DNA from: Eledone cirrhosa
Lineage: Eukaryota
Reading direction: 5' to 3'
DNA length: 64,000 nt
Assembly: GCA_964016885.1 (NCBI GenBank)
Contig: OZ024744.1
Span: forward strand, 70,556,001-70,620,000
Of this stretch, positions 56,498 to 64,000 are shown one piece after another. The notes under the pieces were generated by a model. The model was not told where the DNA came from. It was given only the letters and a program-made list of their open reading frames with translations, and did no database searches. A program made the position numbers and the translations under genes. Positions within the stretch are counted from its first letter, which is position 1. Each line of letters starts with the position of its first letter.

Positions 56498-57290
56498 TAT
56501 ATATATATATATATATTACATTAAAAAAAATATAGAGGTCATGTTTGAGAAATCTCAAACATGTACCATATCACCTGTAGGAAAAGCTGATTAGCAAGCA
56601 GGGAAAAGTGGACGCTAAGCGGTGATGATGATGATGATATATATATGTGTGTATAAATATATATATCATCATATATAGAAATGAGATGATAGGGACTGGG
56701 GTCCATATCATTTCACAGCAAAGTGGTCGTGGAGGTGCCACGGCAAAAAAAGCACCCAGCACTCACTGTAAATGAGGTTGGTGTTAGGAAGGACATCCAG
56801 CTGTAGAAATCAAGCCAGAATCAGTTCCCGTCCCACCCTTGCAAGCAGGGAAAAACGGACGTAAAATGATGATGATGATGATGATGATGATGATATATAC
56901 ACACACACACACTTTTAAGACTAGAAATTTGTCTTGTGATAGTGAATAGAGTGAATGAAATGAAATGAAATGGTTCAGTAGATTTCTATTGTGGGTGGTA
57001 ATATATAAGATAGTGAAGGAGATTAAATGACTTTAATGAGTAGGTGAGTGTATAAAGTATTTAGTGGATAATAGATTTGCTATTTACTTTTGTAAAGAAT
57101 GGGTGATGATGATGAAGTAGGAGTAGATATGAGAAAGAAAAGAAAAAGGGGGTATGGAAAGAAAAGGAAATGAGTGGAATTAGCATAAGTGAATGTTTGA
57201 GGTTGTGATGAATAGAAAATAGCTTAAGTATGAAGGTGAGTGTGTGTCAATTTGTGGATAACATATTTAGTGGATAAAAGAATTACTTAA

Positions 57291-57703
57291 CCCTCTAACA
57301 TTTAAACTGGCCGGCTGTATCTGGCCTCTTTTTCTCTCACCTCTTTTTGTTCAAACTGGCTGTAACTAGCCATTTATACATATGTTAAGGTATTGTTCTA
57401 ACAAAAAAGAAAGTCAAAATCTCATAGATTCAATATTATGTGAGATAAAGTCTTTTCCGCAAAAATACAATAGTATATATAGATTAATGTAAATGTTAAA
57501 GTGTAAAACTGGCCAGCCGTATCCGGCCAGAATTCTCTCACCTCTTTCTTTTCAAACTGGCTGTAACTAGCCACTCATACTTATGTTCTCAAAAAAAAAA
57601 ATAATATCAAAATCTCATAAGTTTGATATTATGTGAGATAAAGCCTTTTCTGCAAAAATACAATAGTATATATATAGAGTAATGTATCATTAACGCTAAA
57701 GGG
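57291..57703. mobile_element. piggyBac-type MITE with internal ~200-bp tandem duplication
   Basis: TTAA|CCCT...AGGG|TTAA. Confidence 0.75.
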
Positions 57704-57824
57704 TTAAGACAAAGAGTATGTTGTATGTGATGATGAAGTTAAAGTTAGTGAAATTATAGAGATAAATAACATGATGGAGTGAGTCAAGGAAAATATAAAA
57801 ATATAATTTGAAGTATATTGCATA

Positions 57825-58739
57825 CTAGCAGTAAAGCCCGGCGTTGCTCGGGGTCGCTCAGTAGCTGTGTTAAAGTTACAATGTTAAGTTTCTTTCTTGG
57901 CTTAAAAACTGTAGTGTCTACTGTGCAGACTTGCATGTGGTGTTTTTGATTAATATTCCCTCAACCAACAATATGCCTTATGAAGTTAAGAAAACATAAC
58001 GATAACCCGAATGTTATAACAAAAGAGGATGCTGGGGATAGAAACTGCACTGGTTATTTATTAACAAAGATCGAAAATGTAAACACTGCAACGCAGAGAA
58101 AAACATTAGCGTAACCAAATTATCAGTTATGTCTGTCTGCACGCCTATATCACCTCTCTGCACGACTGTCTGTCTGCACGCCTATATCACCTCTCTGCAC
58201 GACTATCTGTCTGCACGCCTATATCACCTCTCTGCACGACTGTCTGTCTGCACGCGTATATCACCTCTCTGCACGACTGTCTGTCTGCACGACTGTCTGT
58301 CTGCACGCCTAACGACGAAATATTTGCTTGTTTTACGTAGTCTTTAAATAGACTTGTTTTCAAGTAAAAATATTGTTTTAAAATGCTTTTAAATGGAAAT
58401 GAAGCAAAACGGAAGCTTAGTGTTCGAACTGATGAATTTTGCAGGTCAATATTTTGCTGGCTCGACAACTGTTAAAGCCAGCGTAATTTTTTACGTAAGA
58501 CGCTCAATGTAAACAGAACAAAGGGAAATAACTGATAACTTACGCTCAAAAATCGATACATTATATTCGATTTCGTCACATAGGGTGGGTCAATTTGAAA
58601 TTTTTTTTTTTCCGATGTCTTCGCTAGGGCTCAATGTACAAGTATAGCAATTTCGGTGCAATTCCGTGAGAGATTCTAAGAGGAGATGTGTGCCAAAAAT
58701 CGATAGACAGACAGACAACCACAGTTTTATATATATAGA
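57825..58739 (-). mobile_element. Non-autonomous Helitron containing a 37-bp minisatellite (58130-58310)
   Basis: A|TCTATATATATAAAA..GTCTGTCTGTC start, CCCGAGCAACGCCGGG hairpin, CTAG|T. Confidence 0.85.
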
Positions 58740-58979
58740 TTAGTTCTACTTATGACCGGGGGGGGGGGGGCAGGGAGATGTAATAATCATGGAGTACAAA
58801 CCTAACAAGATTTGGAAAAGGTGAGAAAATATAGGAAAATAAGGAATTAGGAATTATGAAAATAATCGAAATGAGAAAATAAGATAAGTAAATAAAAATA
58901 GGGAAATAGGAGAATGATGGAAATAAGGGAATAATGATGGAAATCGGAAAATAATAAAATGAAACAATCACAAAATAAG

Positions 58980-59570
58980 GATTTCGACTTTAGGCTCAAG
59001 GCCAGTAATTTTGGGGAGAGGAAAGTCGATTAAATCGACTCCTTAAGGATGCAAAGCAAAGCTAACCTCAGCAGAATTTGAACTCAGATTGTAAAGGGCT
59101 GTAAACATATGCTATACAGCATATTGTTCGACACTCTACCAACACTGCGAATCCCCCGCCCTTGTGAAAAATCACAAAATAATTTCTGATTTAAGCATAA
59201 GGCCAGCAATTTTGGGAGAGGGAGAAGTCAATTAAATCAACCCCAGTGTGTTACTGATGCTTTATTTTATTGACCCCGAAAGGGATTTGAACTCAGAACG
59301 TAAAGGGCCGTAACTCTGCCACAAAGCAGGGTGTCCGATACTACCAATTACAAAATAATGAAAATAAAAAATGAGAAAATAAGGAAATAATTGTTTCTAC
59401 TTTTGGCACAGGGCCAGCAATTATCCCAGTGTATTACTGGTACTTTATTTTATCGACCCAGTAAGGATGAAAGACAAAGCTAACCTCGACGGGATTTGAA
59501 CTCAGACCGTAAAGGGACGTAACTATGCTGGAAAGCATGGTGTCCGGCCCTCTACCGATAATGCCAATTC
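58980..59570 (-). mobile_element. Three tandem diverged tRNA-derived SINE copies
   Basis: GATTTGAACTCAG and AAGGCCAGCAATT motifs shared with 1-530. Confidence 0.7.
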
Positions 59571-59599
59571 AAGGAAATAATGAAGAGAAAGTAAAGCAC

Positions 59600-60760
59600 A
59601 GTCAGCAAAGCACAGGAGGTGGCCGTAGTTTACAAGATGCAGAATCTAGAAGGGATGGTGGATGAGAGTGAGGTGTGGGGCTCATAACTTGAATGTATGG
59701 ATGTCCTTAGGTGTCCCAACATCTTGAACTCATAGGAAGAAACACTCTCACTTCACCTATGTCAATGCAAGCATATCCATGCCCTGGACAATACTAATCT
59801 GCTTCAAGGAAAAGTCAAAGCATGACTTTATCAGCATTGTCTGCTGCTGATACTTATGTGGCTGGCTGGAAATTGGAAGTTCTCAAACCATCTTTTCCCA
59901 TGCATGTTAATCCAATGATGTCCTGTAGCTTCAGCATAGTTTCCATTTGTACGACAGAAACATCAGCTGCTCACTTGATCTTGTGACAACTGCATGTCTT
60001 GTGCTTCCTGTGAGTTTTTGTATAGTATATCATTGTTACTCTACACTTTACCACCTTGAATTCCTGATCTTATGTAGCGGCGAAGTTTTGTGAAGCTTGG
60101 AGGAATTTGCAATCACTGTTGGATGTATTTGTTGATCTTCCTCTCCTCCTTAGAGATAAAGAACTCATACATGTTTAAAAGCCACATAGGTCTCAGTACT
60201 AGTCCATGCTGATAGACCCTTGCTTTGAATTTCTCTTGAAGCCCAGGTTTTTCAATTCTTCTTTGTCTTTCCTTACCAGTGATGTTGTTCATGTTAGAAA
60301 GTGAGTCATCGAACCATTTATTTAGCTTGAACCACATCCTTGCCCATATTGTCACACTGTTCAAGCACTGCTAATGCCCGTCTTACCTCCTCCTTGGTTG
60401 TAGTTGTCACTGTGAGATCATCTTTGGAACCTCTTATTGGGTGTTGTTGGACTCTTGATAACATACTTTGTCCTAAGATTATTTCCTTGCAGCTCTTATA
60501 AGGATGTTCATTACCATGAGGAAGAAAATTAGAGAAATTTTACATTCAGTGATAATAATTCCCTTTTCTAGGTCCTGCCAATAAGTTGTAAATTGGGCTG
60601 TTTTGCACTGCAAGTAGAAACCTAAAAAAATATCTGATCATTCCTTTGATGTGTTGAGGGATATGATTGTGATCTAGTGCTGCTTGTGTGAAAGCATGAG
60701 GAATTGATTCATATGCATTGACTAGATCTAGAGAGATAACTTTGCTTTTCTTGGCCTCAC
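59600..60760 (-). mobile_element. HERO/NeSL-like non-LTR relic
   Basis: PGLQEKFKARVYQHGLVLRPMWLLNMYE and SVVQMETMLKLQDIIGLTCMGKDGL resemble post-RT motifs of HERO elements (recognised from memory). Confidence 0.55.
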
Positions 60761-60899
60761 CATATATATATATAAATAAAGACTTTTTTATCTCTGTTTC
60801 TTGTCTCCTTGAACTATATTAATATAAGCAAGTATTGCACCCAAAAAATAAAACATCGTCGTGAAGAGGATATGAATTTATTTGCTTTATATATTGTTC

Positions 60900-62640
60900 A
60901 ATCATATGCAATACTTAATTATTTATTACACTTCATCAGAAAGCCTATAGTAGTAGCATTCAACTATTCACTATGCAGTAGAATTCAGCAATAGGATTTT
61001 CGTTTAAGAAAATATAAATAAGTTAAAAATAGAATGAAATACAGTCAGTTATTGTGATAGTAAGGAAGAGAGGGAGTGGGGGTAAAGACTTTCATAATTG
61101 TCAATCTGTGTGCTCTGATGTGGAACAATTATTCTTTGACCATTGGTATAGGTGAGGGTTTTGATGTTTACCATATATGGGGTTAGAGAAGGTAGGCTAG
61201 AGTGGGTAAGGAGGAAAGGAATTTAGAAAATGGGATTGTTTTGAAAATTATTGAATCCACTGGGTGTGAAAAGTTCAAAGGTCACGGGAAATGTACTAAA
61301 TAGGATGTAGTAAAACCTAGGTATTAGGGATCAAATATTCTAGTTCAGTTTGTACTTAGCGAAGGTTTTTAGAACATGTTTGCAATTAAATATCCTATTA
61401 TGCCAGGAATTTACAAGGTCCTTTCTGGTCGCTATTTCAATTACCTCCTCCAAACATAGTTCAAACGAGCGTCTTTCATTCCAGTATGGATGGGCAAATT
61501 TTAGCACAGACCATTGTAGTGTGTATTCAATATTAGCGGACTTCAGATCCCCAACTTTTTTCGCCAGGGCCATAGATCTAGCCAAACTGGGGTTTTTAAA
61601 TGTGTGAGTGTGCAAATACCATCTTTTCTTGAAAATATTCGAAGTGGAAACCACATATTTATATATCCCCAGTTTAGATTTTACCACACATTGTTAAATG
61701 ATATTTTTGTACAAGCATTTACCCGATAGAGGACAATTGGTGGGATTTCTGTATACATGTGCTTCTCCTTGTGCCTCGCCCACCTTTTTTTTTGGTATAT
61801 TCTTTGCTTTATTTTTTTTGCTTTTTTTCCCTTTTGTTTAATTTTTTCCCCTCTCCATTTTTCCTTCTCCAATAACTTCCACAAATTATTGATGCACTGG
61901 AGTGAGACATATTGTCTTTAATGCGTTGAAATGTCCATGACCTCCAGCAGACTACTGAAGAATAAACTGTCCCCCCCCCCCCCCGTTTGTGCTTTCCTTT
62001 TATTTCTAAACACAATATATATATATATATAGTGAAAAATGGAACGGGAACAAAACAAAGAGGCAGTACGAACAAAGGTTTATTAGTTTCACGCTCTAGA
62101 GAGTGGGGGGGGGGGCGTTTCGGGCATAAGCCCTTCTTCAGGAGAGAAGTGGGTGGGAAGAGAGTTCCGAGGGTGTGTAGGGGAGTGGAGGAGAGACATT
62201 TAGAAAAAAAGTGGGGGGGGGGGAAACACGGTGGAAGGGGTACAAATAAAAATTAAAAAAATAAAAATAAAAATAAACATGAAGGGTGTAGGGGTGGTGG
62301 CGGGTGGAATGGGGGAGAGGGAGGCGGGGAGGGCTGAAGGTGGTGTATGTGTGTAGGTGTACGTGTGTGTGTGTGAATGTGAGAGTTGGGGGAAGAACGA
62401 GGTTCCATGTTCAGGTAAAGGTGTGTGTGTGAGGTGGGGTGTAGGTCGGTGTGTGTGCGCGTGTGGATGGAGGGAGGATTCCGGAGGCTGAGTGTGTATA
62501 TATGTGGGGGTATGCACGTGTGTGTGGTGTTTATACGTTTTGTGGATGTAGGTGGCGTGGAGAAATACATGTATATATACACCACTAACAACTACATGCA
62601 TACATTCCTTCCATATATATGTGTGTATATTCATCACCAT
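60900..62640 (-). mobile_element. Penelope-like relic (GIY-YIG C-terminus) with upstream pLTR-like segment
   Basis: ORF 61340-61687 aligns by eye with the C-terminus of ORF 9744-10571 (H.HTF.NP, W, LC..E, CKH). Confidence 0.7.
62116..62141 (-). ncRNA. Hammerhead core of classic PLE type
   Basis: CTGAAGA-a-gggc ttat gccc-GAAAC. Stems I/III are obscured by a poly-C run. Confidence 0.6.
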
Positions 62641-62690
62641 CAGTTTATGTTCTCTTTGGAGAGGTTGTCACAGTCCGAGACTAGAAAGAT

Positions 62691-62726
<36 letters not shown>

Positions 62727-62777
62727 CAAAGGACCGTGACAAATGGAGAGATGCTGTGCTGAATAGTAGTTATAGTA

Positions 62778-62817
<40 letters not shown>

Positions 62818-62989
62818 ACATTGTTATTGGGGTTGGTTATTTGTATTAAAGATGAGTTACAATATTGGAGTAACTCTAAATATGACTAGGTCTCCAGGCG
62901 ACCATACAGACTTTCTTCTTTATTTCAAATACGGAAAGCCAACACCAATTCACCTCCCACCTCTCCCAAAGTATTCATCTTCCTTTCCC

Positions 62990-64000
62990 TCATATGGTAA
63001 GCTCTAAAACTTCAGAGCTGCCACCATCAATGTTAGATATGAGGAAAGGAAGATGAGGAGAGATTGTAGTGATGCTAAAATGAAAGAAAGTGTATGACTG
63101 TAGTGAACAAGAGACTAGATGGAGTGGAACGTCAGCTACTCATTGTGGGCAAATTTTTCTGGATGTATAATGAAAATGGTCTGGGTGGAGTAGGTATTAT
63201 GTTAGCTGAAAAATGGATAGATAAGGTAGTTGCTGTAAATGTTGTGAATGACAGAATAATTAAACTTAGACTAGTCCTAAATAGAATAATTGTAACAGTT
63301 ATATCTGCTTATGCACCTCAATTTGGACTGTCAGATGAACTAAAAGAACTGTCAGATGAACTTTAAAGATCCTTAATGCATACTACTTCCCTAATGAAAG
63401 ACAAGCATAGAAAGAATGACAGAATGAGGGAAGCAGATAATATTACCAGGATGCTAGGAGAGAAGGTAGTCAACAAGTATACTTGCAGGGAAATGGAAAA
63501 TAAAAAATGTATGCATGTTTTGTGTCATAAGAACTAAAAAGCAGGAAGTATTCAGTGATGTAATTGAGAAGTGTATCTGATATGATAATGGCATACTTGC
63601 CTTCACCAATGCCGAAAAGAAAGTAGTACAGAAGTGCCATTATGAAAAACTACTGAATGAGAAGAATGCATAGGAGGAAGATAGTCTACTCCAAGTGGAC
63701 CCAACAGAGGGGCTAGCCATACAAGTCAGCAGCAGCATAGTAAGGCATTTAATGATATAAAGACAGACAAAGCAGCTGAACCATCGCATATGGTGGATAT
63801 GGTGGGTCACAACTTAACCACCAGTATTGCAAATCAAGTAATACAGAATGGTGTCATACCCAATGACTGGCATAGCAGCATCATTGTTAACTGCTACAAA
63901 GGCAAAGGAGATGCATTTGACAGCGAAAACTATAGAGGCATCAAGTTGATGGACCAGGTCATGAAGATCACCGAAAGAGTTATAGCACAGCTAATTAGAG
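62990..64000 (+). mobile_element. RTE-clade LINE relic (APE + start of RT)
   Basis: GVGIMLAEKW..VISAYAPQ and YKGKGDA..NYRGIKLMDQVMKITERVI, with many stops. Confidence 0.8.

Noticed and set aside
58130-58310. 37-bp repeat array as CRISPR
   Set aside because: Contiguous tandem units without unique spacers, inside a Helitron, in eukaryotic context.

Overview
This is an AT-rich, microsatellite-dense animal genomic window made almost entirely of transposable elements. The SINE and RTE-tail repeats resemble octopus/cephalopod DNA, but that assignment is an inference. No host gene can be supported. The window holds two decayed Ty3/Gypsy LTR elements with TSDs and a GGGAAAC+pseudoknot -1 frameshift signal, and a head-to-tail array of four Tx1/L1-clade LINEs separated by (GATA)n, one nearly intact. 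It also holds several Penelope-like (PLE; RT/GIY-YIG) remnants, at least five Helitron-derived elements, nested Merlin-type elements, mariner, hAT and piggyBac MITEs, CRE-, HERO- and RTE-like LINE relics, and tRNA-derived SINEs. The most striking signal is non-coding. More than a dozen minimal type-I hammerhead ribozyme motifs from many sequence-distinct families sit in short, often fold-back (palindromic) units embedded in (TA)n tracts. Many of these units carry a second, structurally conserved bulged hairpin (RCTC-stem-loop-stem-2nt bulge-GAGY-NCT) downstream of the ribozyme, with compensatory changes between families. This looks like a PLE-derived system of small ribozyme-bearing retroelements that favour microsatellites. 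All RNA structures were folded by eye and coordinates of decayed elements are approximate.
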